The position numbers and the translations under genes are program-made. DNA of 60,978 nt, the filler included. It is 7 parts of 7 records of this genome, joined end to end, with 100 filler letters (N's around TTAATTAATTAA, not from the genome) between each part and the next. Parts side by side here need not be neighbours in the genome. Positions count along the whole stretch, not along the records: positions 1 to 8,881 come from SRR31147125_52106; positions 8,982 to 14,443 come from SRR31147125_52107; 5 more parts are not named here. One strand, given 5' to 3'. Under the pieces are notes generated by a model. That model had not been told where the DNA came from, searched no databases, and saw only the letters and a list, made by a program, of their open reading frames with translations. This document shows, in pieces, positions 1 through 10,744 of this stretch. Position 1 is the first letter of the stretch, and each line of letters starts with the position of its first letter.

Positions 1-1480
1 TTTTTTTATATGGCTGCCAAATTTCTGTTTCTATGTCCGAAAACTCCGGAGCACATACCGGTCACCACGTGGCAAACATAGCCAGAACGACGACCTGATC
101 TTTTAGTTCCTGTAAATTTATTGTTCCACTACCATTTGCGACCACGGGAAGATCAAATTCAGGTGCTGGTATTCCAATATCAACGCCAAAGGTTGAATTA
201 CCAGCCAGTGATACACGAATTCGATTTTCGTCCGGATCATTACTGACAATTTCCATGGTGCCACGCGCATTATTTGCAATAGCCGTATAGAGGATATCAA
301 GAGTTGTTTCCTGCCCGGGTTCAATAACCTGAATAACCGGACTTGTACTAAAATCAGGATGAGTTATTCCAATCCCGGAAAATTCCAGGTTTTCCTGTCC
401 ATTGTTTTGAATTTGTAACTGAGCTGTTTCTGACTGCCCTGTTTGCAAGTGACTAAAGTTAATGACCCTGGTATCGAGATCGATATCCGGACCATTGACA
501 GGCCCGACCTGCATAACACGAAGAAACTGCCATTCTGCTGAATAAACAATATTTCCACCAGGCGATCCAACAGCCATAACCCGGCCACCTGTATTTTTAT
601 ATCCATACAGTTCCAGGGTTGATCCATTCCAGTTAAGAACCTGGAGAGCATTCCAGGCTGATACGGAAACAAAATTACCATCTACTGCAACCCGGGAAGC
701 AAAGCCTGATGTTATAAAATTATCTAAAAAGGTTGGTTGTTCCGGGGACGTGACATCATATACGTCCACGCCAGAGCCACCAACAGCCAGAAAGACTGTT
801 CCATTTTTGAAACGAATATCTCTGGCTGTACCAGAGGTTGCATGATTAGCAATTATTTCTGGCTGCTGTAATTTACTAAAGTTTACGATGGTTAATCCAG
901 AGTCTCCATCTGCAACATATGCCAATGGTTCATTAACGGCCACAGACCACGCATTGGCTGTTGTAATTTGGCTGATGAATTTAGGATCTGCAGGATCGGA
1001 GATGTCATAAAACAAAAGTCCATCTGTATGAGCTGCAAATATCGCTATATTATTCACGATTTCAACATCTTCAAGAGAAATTTGTCCTGTTCTGTTTTTA
1101 CGGTTAAAATTCTCTTCAGCTGGATTGAGCATTTTCCGTAGATTTGGACGAGTCGGATCTGTTATATCCACAATTCCCATTCCGCATTCACGATTTGTTT
1201 CAATAGCTATCGTGTTCTGAATATCCCAATTGTATGAACGACCTCGCCAGATACAAGCCGGTAGAAAGATGGATGAAAGCTCTCTCGGTAGAGTTGGATC
1301 AGAAATATCATACAACACAGCACCACCAAGACCAGCCGGGATAATCATTTTTGAGCCTTCAATCTCTACGTCCAATAATTCAAAATTGCTCGGATTGAGT
1401 GTGCTAACCAGAGAGATGTTTTTTCCAAAAAGCATTGTGGCGCTTGCAAAAATGAGCAGCGCAAAAAAGATTCTTTTCAT
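1..1480 (-). CDS. Exported LVIVD-repeat / Ig-like / TlpA-AhpC-type redoxin fusion, probable selenoprotein (UGA at 62-64); 3'-partial
   Basis: Signal peptide, LVIVD-like repeats (AVLYDISDPTLP, LAYVADGDSGLTIVN), an Ig-like segment, then a redoxin start (PAPEFDLP...KDQVVVLAMFATW). Reading through TGA gives U-PVCAPEFSDIETEIWQPYKK, open to the window edge. ATG at 1480 lies 1 nt after the upstream stop. Confidence 0.85.
32..57 (-). promoter_or_regulatory. Candidate bacterial SECIS hairpin
   Basis: 3' of the UGA the mRNA reads UAUG-UGC-UCCGGA-GUU-UUCGGA-CAUA: a two-part stem whose loop starts with G after 17 intervening nt. Confidence 0.65.
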
Positions 1481-1481
1481 T

Positions 1482-3761
1482 TTAATCACCCGTTTTAAAA
1501 TGAGAAGGTTTTAAAAGATTCAGCATTTCATTTATTTTTGTTGTCGGTGAATTGCATGCATAATTTTGACAGACATAGGCTGTAGGTTTTCCATTTACTG
1601 GTAAATGATATTTCGTAAATTCGGCAAGATAGGAGATGTCTTTATCATGTTGATTCTGTGGCAGGAATATAACTATCTTGTTAGGTAAAAATTCTTTTCG
1701 CAATCCTGAAACCATTTTATGTGTAGAAGAGCTATCTGGTGTCCCTGCAATGACAACCTCCGAACTCGGTCCTAAAATAAAATCGTAAGCAGAAAGGAAA
1801 AATGAATATCCTGTTGGCATTTGTTTTACTTTGGAGGAAAAAGTGTTTACAATAAGATGAGCTTTTTCCTCAAGGTCTTTATTGGCGGTGATCCGGGCCA
1901 GGCGAATAAAATTTAACGCAGCGATTGAATTTCCGGAAGGTAGTGCGCTATCATAAAATTGTTTTTGTCGAACAAGTAAATCTTTCTCTTCATTGGTAGC
2001 AAAATAGAGAGCTCCACCTATATCGTCCCAAAATAGTTTTATCATATCCTCATTTAATTGAAGAGCTGATTTTATATAGTCTGTTTCAAATGTTGTTTCA
2101 AATAACTCTATCAAACCCCAAATAAAAAACGCATAGTCATCAACATGAGCAGGTAATCCTGAATGCCCGTTCCGATACCTGTGCTGCAAGCGACCGTTCG
2201 AATCCATCAGATGAGTCATCACAAAATGAGCCGCGTCTTTTGCAGCTTTAAGGTAACGCGGTTCATCAAATACTCTGGCAGCTTTTGAAAAGGCGGCGAT
2301 CATCAATCCGTTCCAGTCGGTTAGTATTTTATCATCCTTGAGAGGATGAACACGGTTTTGTCGTTCCCTGAATAGCTGTCCTCTGATATTCTCGAGACGT
2401 TTTTGCAGTTTATTCGGAGACATGTTTTGATTTGCCGCAATGTGTGCCATTGAATCCTTCAGGTGAAGGATATTTTGTCCCGTTTTTTCGCCCAGAATAG
2501 GGTCATCAAAGTTGCCTTTTGTTTGTAGATTGTAAACGCTAATAAACAGGTTTGCATCACTTTTATTCAGAATTTTATTTACTTCATCAATTGACCAGAC
2601 ATAAAATTTACCCTCTTCACCTTCGCTGTCTGCATCCTCGGCTGTATAAAAACCCCCTTCCGTGGAAGTCATATCGCGCATTATATAGGCACATATTTCA
2701 TGTGCGGTGCGGGCGTATTCGATGTTTTTTGTTGCCTGGTAGGTCTCAATATAAGCCATGGCGATCAAAGCCTGATCGTATAACATTTTCTCAAAATGCG
2801 GGACATGCCACGACTTGTCTGTTGCATAGCGGTGGAATCCATAGCCGATATGATCGTATATGCCCCCGAATCGCATACTGTGTAGGGTTTTTTCAACCAT
2901 GTCCAGGGCTTCTTTATTGCCGGTTCGATGCCAGTATCGTAATAATAACAGTAAATTATGGGGTGTCGGGAATTTGGTTGAGGAGCTAAAACCTCCATTT
3001 TTATTATCAAATCTATTTTTCAATTGCTCAAAGGCTAAACTAAAAACAGATTCTCCAAGGGATTCCTTTGGGAGATCGTCTGATAATTTGAACAGAGTGG
3101 AGGTGATTTGGTCTGCTGATTCCAAAATATCGTTCCGCTTGTTTTTCCATACGTCACGGACTCTTGGAATAAGATCCATCATGCCAATTTTGTTGTAATA
3201 TGTATTTTTAGGAAAATAGGTACCGGCAAAGAAGGGTTTCTTATCCGGCGTCATCAGGATAGTAAGGGGCCACCCACCACTTCCTGTCATCATTTGGCAC
3301 ACGGCCATATATAAATTGTCAATATCAGGTCTTTCTTCACGATCCACCTTGATAGAGATAAACGTGTCATTCATTAACTTTGCCACATCCTCATCTTCAA
3401 AGGATTCGTGCTCCATCACGTGACACCAATGACACGTGGAATAGCCGATAGAAAGAAAAATGGGTTTGTTTTCTTTTTGAGCTTTTTCAAATGCCTCCTG
3501 TCCCCATGGATGCCAATCGACAGGATTTGTTGCATGTTGTAATAGATAAGGACTTTTTTCAAATAAAAGTCGGTTAAAAATTTTTCCGTTATCCGGGTGT
3601 AGAACAGACGTGTTTGTCCTGTCAGGAGGTGTTTTAATATCGCTTTTGTTCCCTGTCTGGTTATCAGTTTTAAAGCCAGAGGCTAAATAGGTCGTTGTCA
3701 CCACAATTCCCACCAGAATTATTTGAAATTCTCGTTTTGATTTTTTCACTTTTTCTTTCAT
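1482..3761 (-). CDS. Thioredoxin domain-containing YyaL/SPATA20 (DUF255) family protein
   Basis: [53 protein letters not shown]; extra hydrophobic N-terminal segment. Confidence 0.93.
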   Translation of the reverse strand: MKEKVKKSKREFQIILVGIVVTTTYLASGFKTDNQTGNKSDIKTPPDRTNTSVLHPDNGKIFNRLLFEKSPYLLQHATNPVDWHPWGQEAFEKAQKENKPIFLSIGYSTCHWCHVMEHESFEDEDVAKLMNDTFISIKVDREERPDIDNLYMAVCQMMTGSGGWPLTILMTPDKKPFFAGTYFPKNTYYNKIGMMDLIPRVRDVWKNKRNDILESADQITSTLFKLSDDLPKESLGESVFSLAFEQLKNRFDNKNGGFSSSTKFPTPHNLLLLLRYWHRTGNKEALDMVEKTLHSMRFGGIYDHIGYGFHRYATDKSWHVPHFEKMLYDQALIAMAYIETYQATKNIEYARTAHEICAYIMRDMTSTEGGFYTAEDADSEGEEGKFYVWSIDEVNKILNKSDANLFISVYNLQTKGNFDDPILGEKTGQNILHLKDSMAHIAANQNMSPNKLQKRLENIRGQLFRERQNRVHPLKDDKILTDWNGLMIAAFSKAARVFDEPRYLKAAKDAAHFVMTHLMDSNGRLQHRYRNGHSGLPAHVDDYAFFIWGLIELFETTFETDYIKSALQLNEDMIKLFWDDIGGALYFATNEEKDLLVRQKQFYDSALPSGNSIAALNFIRLARITANKDLEEKAHLIVNTFSSKVKQMPTGYSFFLSAYDFILGPSSEVVIAGTPDSSSTHKMVSGLRKEFLPNKIVIFLPQNQHDKDISYLAEFTKYHLPVNGKPTAYVCQNYACNSPTTKINEMLNLLKPSHFKTGD

Positions 3762-4021
3762 GCATTATAGATTCTATCAGAGATGGTACTGATAAACACA
3801 GTTAGATGTAAGCAAACCATCCTATAGGTGGATGCTTTTTTACCCTATGATTTGAAAAGAACACCTATAATTCTTTAACAAGTTAACACCACATGAATAT
3901 TAAAAAGTAAGAGACATTACAGAACTGGATAATAGGGGTAAACGACCGTTTTCTGCATGCAATCCTTTTTGTCAATCCATTGAACTCGTGTCTGTTTTAA
4001 TGAATTTAAAGGTATATAATC

Positions 4022-4060
4022 AAAAAAGGGAAAAGCCATCATCAGAGCTTTTCCCCTTTT
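4022..4060 (-). terminator. Intrinsic terminator (possibly bidirectional)
   Basis: GGGAAAAGC/GCTTTTCCC stem flanked by A and T runs, downstream of the 4152-4544 gene. Confidence 0.7.
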
Positions 4061-4151
4061 GTGTTTAGGACCGGATTTGATGGTTCAATCATATTGATCT
4101 GGTTATACTTTCCTCATAATAAGGATTGAAAAATTTTTGTCCGCAGTAACG

Positions 4152-4544
4152 CTAATGACTGTGTTCAGGTGCAACTGCAGAACATTTTTTACAATACTTA
4201 TAATTTTTACCATCGACTTTATAGCTTGCCACATCGATAAGTTTAGCTTTGGAAACCAATTTTCCAGACACAGAAATATCTTTGCCATGAAGCGTTTTAT
4301 TATTCATCAATTCTTTGGAATGATCATTTTCAACAAAGGACCATAACTCCCCCTCTTTTGTAAGCAAGGCGCCTTTATGACCATATGTACTGCACTGTGC
4401 CTGTACTCCTTCCGATTTTTTCAGGTTACACCCGACACAGACTAATTTACCATCTACTTTTTTTGTTTTGTCTCCAGCAAACACGAGACTTGATGACAGG
4501 AGAAAAAAGAGGGTAAAAATGAAGATAGAATTATACCATTTCAT
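4152..4544 (-). CDS. Small exported Cys/His-rich protein, putative metal or thiol binding
   Basis: Signal peptide ending VFA; CVGC, CSTYGH and CKKC...HSH motifs; GGAGG RBS. Confidence 0.75.
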   Translation of the reverse strand: MKWYNSIFIFTLFFLLSSSLVFAGDKTKKVDGKLVCVGCNLKKSEGVQAQCSTYGHKGALLTKEGELWSFVENDHSKELMNNKTLHGKDISVSGKLVSKAKLIDVASYKVDGKNYKYCKKCSAVAPEHSH

Positions 4545-5045
4545 AAAAAGACCTCCAACACTTTATTTAAAGTTTATCGTAATAACAATTAGCATAAAAA
4601 AGGTATAGCTTTTGTTTTATCTTAACTGTAAGCAAGATTACATATATTAAAAGAGTTCACATTAACTATAATTATATAAAAATTATTTCAACACAGATCT
4701 TATTTATCGAGATCTGCAGTTAAACACGTCATTTTTTTTATAGGTCCTAACAAATGGAGAATTAACTGCTTGATTTATCCGGAACTGAAATGTTTTGGCA
4801 TATAGCTTGCAATTGTATTACAAGTTTGATAATAGTCGAATAATAATTTGTTTCAGCATCGTAGTGATTTTGCCCAAACTTTTGATATTGTTAAAGATAA
4901 GCAGGGTGGTTCTGAGCGGTGAGATTACATTAATTTATTCTAGTGGACGAATGCCTCATGTTGGGACAATGTGGTAACACATCTCAGGTTGTTTGTGGCA
5001 TCTGGTCAACTTGCAAAATTAAAATGTCGGAATAAGGAGGTAAAA

Positions 5046-6587
5046 TTGTTTTATCCTGATTTTCGCACAGTGCTATTCCTGTTGCTTTTTCTTTCAGCAC
5101 GTCTTTATAGCGATGTTTTTGTCGTTCAAAATACCCAAAATAGAGGAAATGGCTCCTTGAACTGGGCCCTGTCTGAGTCACAAACGAATGCCGGCCCGGA
5201 TACCGTTTTGTTTAATATTCCTACCAGTGATCCTCACTTTAATGGTTCTTATTGGGAAATCGATATAGCAGATCCTCTGCCTCCCATTTCTGATGATTTA
5301 ACTTATATCGATGGTTTTTCGCAAACAGATTTCAAAGGTAATACCAATTTTTCAGGTCCTGAGATCAGAATAGATGGACAAAAGTGTCCGAATGGAACCA
5401 GTGGTTTTCAAATATTTTCAGCTAATAATGTTATCTGCGGATTGGCTATTTGTTGTTTTCCGAATTCGGGAATCGAGCTGAACGGAACCCTGGCTAAAGA
5501 AAATCTTATTTATGGTTGTTCTATTGGATTTTTAGAAAACTGGAGTTTTATTTTAAATAATTATCAATCGTGGGATGCCATTCATAATTATGTCAGGTCC
5601 TCCGGGATAAATAATGTAAATAAACGGCGGATGCAGAGTCTAAACAGCCATAAGAATCACATTGGATTTGCCACTGTTTCACATTTAAAAACAAAAGCCC
5701 GTATGGCTATGAGCAATGTCTCAAAAAATTACAATAATGAACTGAAATCATTTGAATGGCAAAATGTAGACAACAAGTCCCATAATCCACAAATTGATGG
5801 TATTCTGGTAAAAGGAGGAGCTCATGACAACCTTATCGGACCAGGTAATATCATTGTGAATAATCGTGGTAACGGTATTCATATTCAAAATGAAGACCTG
5901 CTGCCAAATAAAATAACTCAGAATCTTATTTTCAATAATGGCAACAAGGCCATATGTTATAAAAAACAATGGCGAGACAGTTTTACACCACCCGAAATTT
6001 TGTATATGGATGGGACTACTATAACCGGAACATCAGAGCCTGATTCATATATTGAATTTTTCGCTGACAAGCAAGGTCAATCCCGATATTTTATCGGTTC
6101 AGTCATGGCGGATAGTACGGGCTATTTTGAGTGGGAGGGAGCTCTACCTGATATACCAGTCACTATGTTGGTTATAGATTCTGAAGGGCATTCATCAGAA
6201 TTGTCACAAAAATATTCTGTTGCTGTTGAGCTTATTTATTTTAGTGCTCATCTTAGCGGGCCTAATAAGGTCCATCTTTCCTGGCAAACCAGCAGAGAAG
6301 GACAAAATCTGGGGTTTTGGGTTCAAAAACGGACTCGAGAATCCAGTTACAAAGATGTGCAATTTATTCAACGTAAAGATTTGGCAGAAGAAAAGGTATA
6401 TGAGTACGATGATGTGACAGTTGTCCCGGATGTATTCTATTATCGACTAAAACAAATAGATGCTGATAGAAAAGTTCACTATTTCTCGGAAGTGAGAGTT
6501 GATTTAAAAAATCTTTCTTCAGAAAAATTAATACAGCTTTGTCCGGAATCAACACCACAAGCTGTTACCCATTATGCGGTTCCATAG
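5046..6587 (+). CDS. Secreted beta-helix/Ig-type surface protein
   Basis: AAGGAGG RBS before TTG 5046; signal-like N-terminus; Asn/Gly-rich repeats; VELIYFSA...YYRLKQID C-terminal module. Confidence 0.65.
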   Translation: MFYPDFRTVLFLLLFLSARLYSDVFVVQNTQNRGNGSLNWALSESQTNAGPDTVLFNIPTSDPHFNGSYWEIDIADPLPPISDDLTYIDGFSQTDFKGNTNFSGPEIRIDGQKCPNGTSGFQIFSANNVICGLAICCFPNSGIELNGTLAKENLIYGCSIGFLENWSFILNNYQSWDAIHNYVRSSGINNVNKRRMQSLNSHKNHIGFATVSHLKTKARMAMSNVSKNYNNELKSFEWQNVDNKSHNPQIDGILVKGGAHDNLIGPGNIIVNNRGNGIHIQNEDLLPNKITQNLIFNNGNKAICYKKQWRDSFTPPEILYMDGTTITGTSEPDSYIEFFADKQGQSRYFIGSVMADSTGYFEWEGALPDIPVTMLVIDSEGHSSELSQKYSVAVELIYFSAHLSGPNKVHLSWQTSREGQNLGFWVQKRTRESSYKDVQFIQRKDLAEEKVYEYDDVTVVPDVFYYRLKQIDADRKVHYFSEVRVDLKNLSSEKLIQLCPESTPQAVTHYAVP

Positions 6588-6740
6588 TGGGACGAGTTCT
6601 AGGTCCATAGCTAAAATGTGGAGTGACCGCGGACGGTATACGCAAAACATCTGAATCATTATATGAAAGAGTCAGGATAATTCCTGCGAATTTTAGCATC
6701 GGATAGCAGACAGGTAGGGGATAGGATCTTTAAGAAAATT

Positions 6741-6780
6741 AAAAAGCCGGTTGTTTCGAAAAAGAACAACCGGCTTTTTT
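6741..6780. terminator. Bidirectional intrinsic terminator
   Basis: AAAAAGCCGGTTGTT...AACAACCGGCTTTTT between convergent genes. Confidence 0.85.
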
Positions 6781-6794
6781 TAGTTAGATTTTTA

Positions 6795-8881
6795 TTATGC
6801 CTGTTCCGGAGCGACGTTAAATTTTCTTTTTCTCCTGGCCGCTCGTTTTGTTTTTATTTTTTCACCAAATAATTCCAGTGCTGCATAGAGAACAGGAACA
6901 ACAACAAGTGTGAGCACGGTAGCCACCATCAAGCCTCCCATAACAGATCTTGCCATGGGTGCCCAGTTTTCACCACTCTCACCAAGTCCCAATGCAAGTG
7001 GAAGCATGGCCAGAATAGTCGTTAGCGCTGTCATTAATACAGGACGCATTCGAACCCGACCTGCCTGATAGATCGCATCAAATAATGATATGCCCTCTTC
7101 ACGTAATTGATTGATGTAATCGACAAGCACAATACCATTATTAACCACAATTCCAACTAACATGATTATGCCGATAAGAGCCATGACACTCAGGGTCGTA
7201 TTGGTAATAAATAATGCAAAGGCTACCCCGATAATTGAAAGGGGAATAGTAAACAGGATAATAAAAGGATCTATAAACGATTCGAATTGAGATGCCATGA
7301 CCATATAAACCAAAAGTAACGCAACTAACATGGCCAATCCGAGGTACATAAACGATTCCTGTTGTTCTTCAGCAACACCACCGATCTCAAGTCGAAAATT
7401 ATTGGGAACAGGGATTGTGCCTAACACTTTATTAACATCGGCTGTAACGCTTTGTAAATCCCGTCCGGTAATGTCAATATCTACTCTGACAATTCGTTCC
7501 TGATCCTCACGGTTAATTTCAGTTGGTGCTTTACTATAATCCAGAGATGCCACTGAACGTAAAGGAATCTGTTTTCCAGTCGGAGTCATTATGAGGATGT
7601 TACCGACATCTTTTTTACCTCTTCTTTCATCTTTTGCCAATTGAACTCGTACATCATATTCGTCGCCTTCTTCCCGATATCGGGTGACCACTGAACCGAG
7701 AATATGAGTACTCACAACTTGCCCTATTTGGGCTGTACTCAAGCCCAGATCTGCGATTCTCTTACGATCCAGATTAACCTTTATTTCCGGAGCTGTTTCT
7801 TTAATGCTTATCTCTGTACTGACAACACCTTCAATAGATTTGACATTATCCTCAATGGTTTTAGCCAATGATGAAGCGCGTTGTAAATTGTGTCCGAATA
7901 TTTCGATAGATATATCACCTGATGTTCCAAATATATCCATGCCCCGATCCTCAAATCTGGCTTTAACATCAGGAAGTTTGTCAAAATAACCACGCAAGTC
8001 ATCCTGAATTTCAAACATGGACCGTTTTCGTTCTTTTCTGGATTTGAGCCTTATGATAATCTCACCTTCGTTTGACGCACTGGCGGAAAAAACGGCGAAC
8101 AATCCCTCTCCCTGGCCAAAGTTTGTGTAGACCATTTCCGCCTCTGGTACGTGCTCCCGAATAATGTCATTCATTTTGTGAACACTTTTTTCCATAGCTT
8201 CAAGACTGGTACCAGGGGATCGATCAATCGCAACTTGAACATAACCCATGTCCGATTCGGGTAAAAATTCACCACCACTTGTAGATAGTAAAAATATGGA
8301 TAGTACAAAAAGGCCCAGCGTCGAGAATAATACTGTTTTTCTGTGATTCATGGACCACTTTAGTGATGTATCATAAACCGATTGCAGGTTCTCAATCCAA
8401 AATCCGATTTGGTTGCCCAATTTGTGTAATCGGCTTGATTTATTTGTTTCACGTCGAAACTGCAACAATCTCGATGCTAAAAGTGGCACGAGAGTCAGTG
8501 CTACCAGCAGTGAAATGGCAAGTGAAAAACATATGGTCACCACCATGTCATTAAACAACGCCCCGGCTATTCCAGGAACGAACAAAACAGGGACAAATAC
8601 GGACAGAGTCGTAAGTGTGGATGCTGTAATGGCCATGGCCACCTGAGTGGCTCCTTTAAAAGCTGCCTCGCGTGGTTGCTCACCTTCCTCGTGCTGGCGA
8701 AAAATACTCTCCAAAACCACAATGGAATTATCTACCAAAAGACCAACAGCCAGGGCTAAACCGGCCATGGAAATAATATTCAACGTAAGTCCTGCCTGGT
8801 CCATGACCGCAAATGTAACGATCATTGAAATTGGAATTGATGTTGCTACTATAAGAGAGCTTTTCATATTTCTCAGGAAAA
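6795..8881 (-). CDS. RND efflux permease, AcrB/AcrD/AcrF family; 5'-partial
   Basis: GLLVDNSIVVLE, GIVVNNGIVLVD, RMRPVLMT motifs; runs into the linker. Confidence 0.95.
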
Positions 8882-8981
8882 NNNNNNNNNNNNNNNNNNN
8901 NNNNNNNNNNNNNNNNNNNNNNNNNTTAATTAATTAANNNNNNNNNNNNNNNNNNNNNNNNNNNNNNNNNNNNNNNNNNNN
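8882..8981. other. Artificial contig linker
   Basis: N44-TTAATTAATTAA-N44; stop codons in all six frames. Confidence 0.98.
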
Positions 8982-9034
8982 TTTTTTTATTAATAATTTC
9001 CCGTTTGTTAAATGAAAATCTCAATTTTCTATAC

Positions 9035-9062
9035 TTGACAATCATATCCCAAACTGTACCAT
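9035..9062 (+). promoter_or_regulatory. Candidate sigma-70 promoter
   Basis: TTGACA-16 nt-TACCAT about 50 nt upstream of ATG 9112. Confidence 0.45.
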
Positions 9063-9111
9063 CAGTAACATTAGTGTAAGAAATTTTTAGACTGCAAAAG
9101 AAGGAAGAAGA

Positions 9112-10665
9112 ATGCTTGTAAAAACCCGCTTATCTTTGTTTGCCATTATCGTTTTTTGTTTTTTCGGATTATGGGCTTGTAGCGATTCAGAAGATGCCGG
9201 ACTGTCATCTGTTGTAAACCAGAAGCTTGAAACGCAGTTCGAGCTATACAAGCAGGCTCAAACGAAAATTATCGATAGAGTTGTTACGGAGAAGGGCAAA
9301 GTTGAAAGAACCGAGTGGGAGCAATGGCTCACTCCGGCTGATGACTCGAAGCTTACTGAAGAAGAACTGGCAGAACTTCGCGAGTATCATCAAGCGGACA
9401 TCGAATCAAGCCGGGATGCTGCAATCGCCGATTCAAAGCTCGATCTTTCCACTATTCGTTCTGATGAGACGAAAATCACCGAATATTGTGCTGATTTGCC
9501 TAAAGGCGCACTCTTGCATATTCATCCATCAGGAACCAGAAATGCGCAGACAATTAAGGATATGCTTGAAGAAATCGACCCGACAATCAACGGCAAAGAA
9601 CTCCTGAAAGAAGCCAACAATGGAACTTCTACAGTCTTGTATAAAGACGAAATAGATTTCCTAACAAATCTTCCTTTGAAGAAATATTCCGAGCAAACAG
9701 ACGAAATCAAAGCAAAAATCGAGGCTTTGTTTATACTCCCGATGGACCCTATAAGTCACGATTTCAAGCGTTTCGAGGCACTTTTCAGCATTAATGACAC
9801 ACTAAAAGAAGATGAAACGAAAATTGATTGGCTGGAAGAAAAAACCTATCTCGATTTTCTAAAACGTGCCGCTTCTCAGAAAGTAATGTATGTCGAGTTT
9901 ACCAAGGTTATGTATCCCGATACCAAAATGTTCGAGAAATTACATACCTGGGCAACCAAATTCCATGATGAAACAGGCATTGTCGTTCGCTGGAATTCGG
10001 CTTTTATTCGCACGCTCGACTACGAAACCAATACAGAATGGACAAACAGTTTCATTTCGATTCTCGAATCGAATACCTATGAAGAACTGATTGGCATCGA
10101 CCTTTTGGCAAATGAAACGGACACGCCAGCACTTGAAACAGGACAAAACATTTACGTTCCGATTCTAAATGCAAATAACGAAGGTAAAATCTCCATCAAT
10201 CGAACCATGCACGCAGGTGAACTAGGAGATATTCGCAATGTTCGAGATGCGATGATTATGGGTTCCGAACGAGTCGGACACGGAGTACTACTTTGGCAAG
10301 ATCCGGTTAGTCTGGAATTCGCCCGCAGAATCGTCAATTTACCGATAGAAATCAATCTTTACAGCAATTTAAGACTCAAAGTTCAGGAAGACTTGTCCAA
10401 ACATCCGTTTATCAAATTTCTGAGACTCGGATTACCTGTAAGCCTTTCGACAGATGATGAGGGAATGTTTGTTACAGACATAAACAAGGAATGCACAATC
10501 GCAGTTTCAAAAACCGACATCACACATTCCGAGATGAAACGCATGTCTTATAATTCTCTCGAAACAGCATTTGCTGATAAAAATCTCAAATCAGAGCTTA
10601 TCAAAAAACTGGATGCCGCCTTTACGGAATTTGAGAACAAGTGGTCAGAAAAGCTCAAGAATTAA
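9112..10665 (+). CDS. Adenosine deaminase-family lipoprotein (ADGF/ADA2-like motifs)
   Basis: Lipobox LWAC; LPKGALLHIH, MHAGE, ERVGHG and SLSTDDEG motifs. Confidence 0.85.
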   Translation: MLVKTRLSLFAIIVFCFFGLWACSDSEDAGLSSVVNQKLETQFELYKQAQTKIIDRVVTEKGKVERTEWEQWLTPADDSKLTEEELAELREYHQADIESSRDAAIADSKLDLSTIRSDETKITEYCADLPKGALLHIHPSGTRNAQTIKDMLEEIDPTINGKELLKEANNGTSTVLYKDEIDFLTNLPLKKYSEQTDEIKAKIEALFILPMDPISHDFKRFEALFSINDTLKEDETKIDWLEEKTYLDFLKRAASQKVMYVEFTKVMYPDTKMFEKLHTWATKFHDETGIVVRWNSAFIRTLDYETNTEWTNSFISILESNTYEELIGIDLLANETDTPALETGQNIYVPILNANNEGKISINRTMHAGELGDIRNVRDAMIMGSERVGHGVLLWQDPVSLEFARRIVNLPIEINLYSNLRLKVQEDLSKHPFIKFLRLGLPVSLSTDDEGMFVTDINKECTIAVSKTDITHSEMKRMSYNSLETAFADKNLKSELIKKLDAAFTEFENKWSEKLKN

Positions 10666-10744
10666 TTGGTAGACGAATCAATAATAGATTGTTAAACTTG
10701 AACTCGTGTTTTGCGGATTTAAACAAATTTTACGAGGTGTGGCT

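Noticed and set aside
4089-4154. Readthrough of the TAG ending the 130-aa protein (pyrrolysine)
   Set aside because: The extension is short, has no recognisable motif, and there is no pyl context.
8882-8981. TTAATTAATTAA within N runs, repeated six times, as a biological repeat
   Set aside because: Identical 100-nt artificial linkers; gene content and base composition change across each one.
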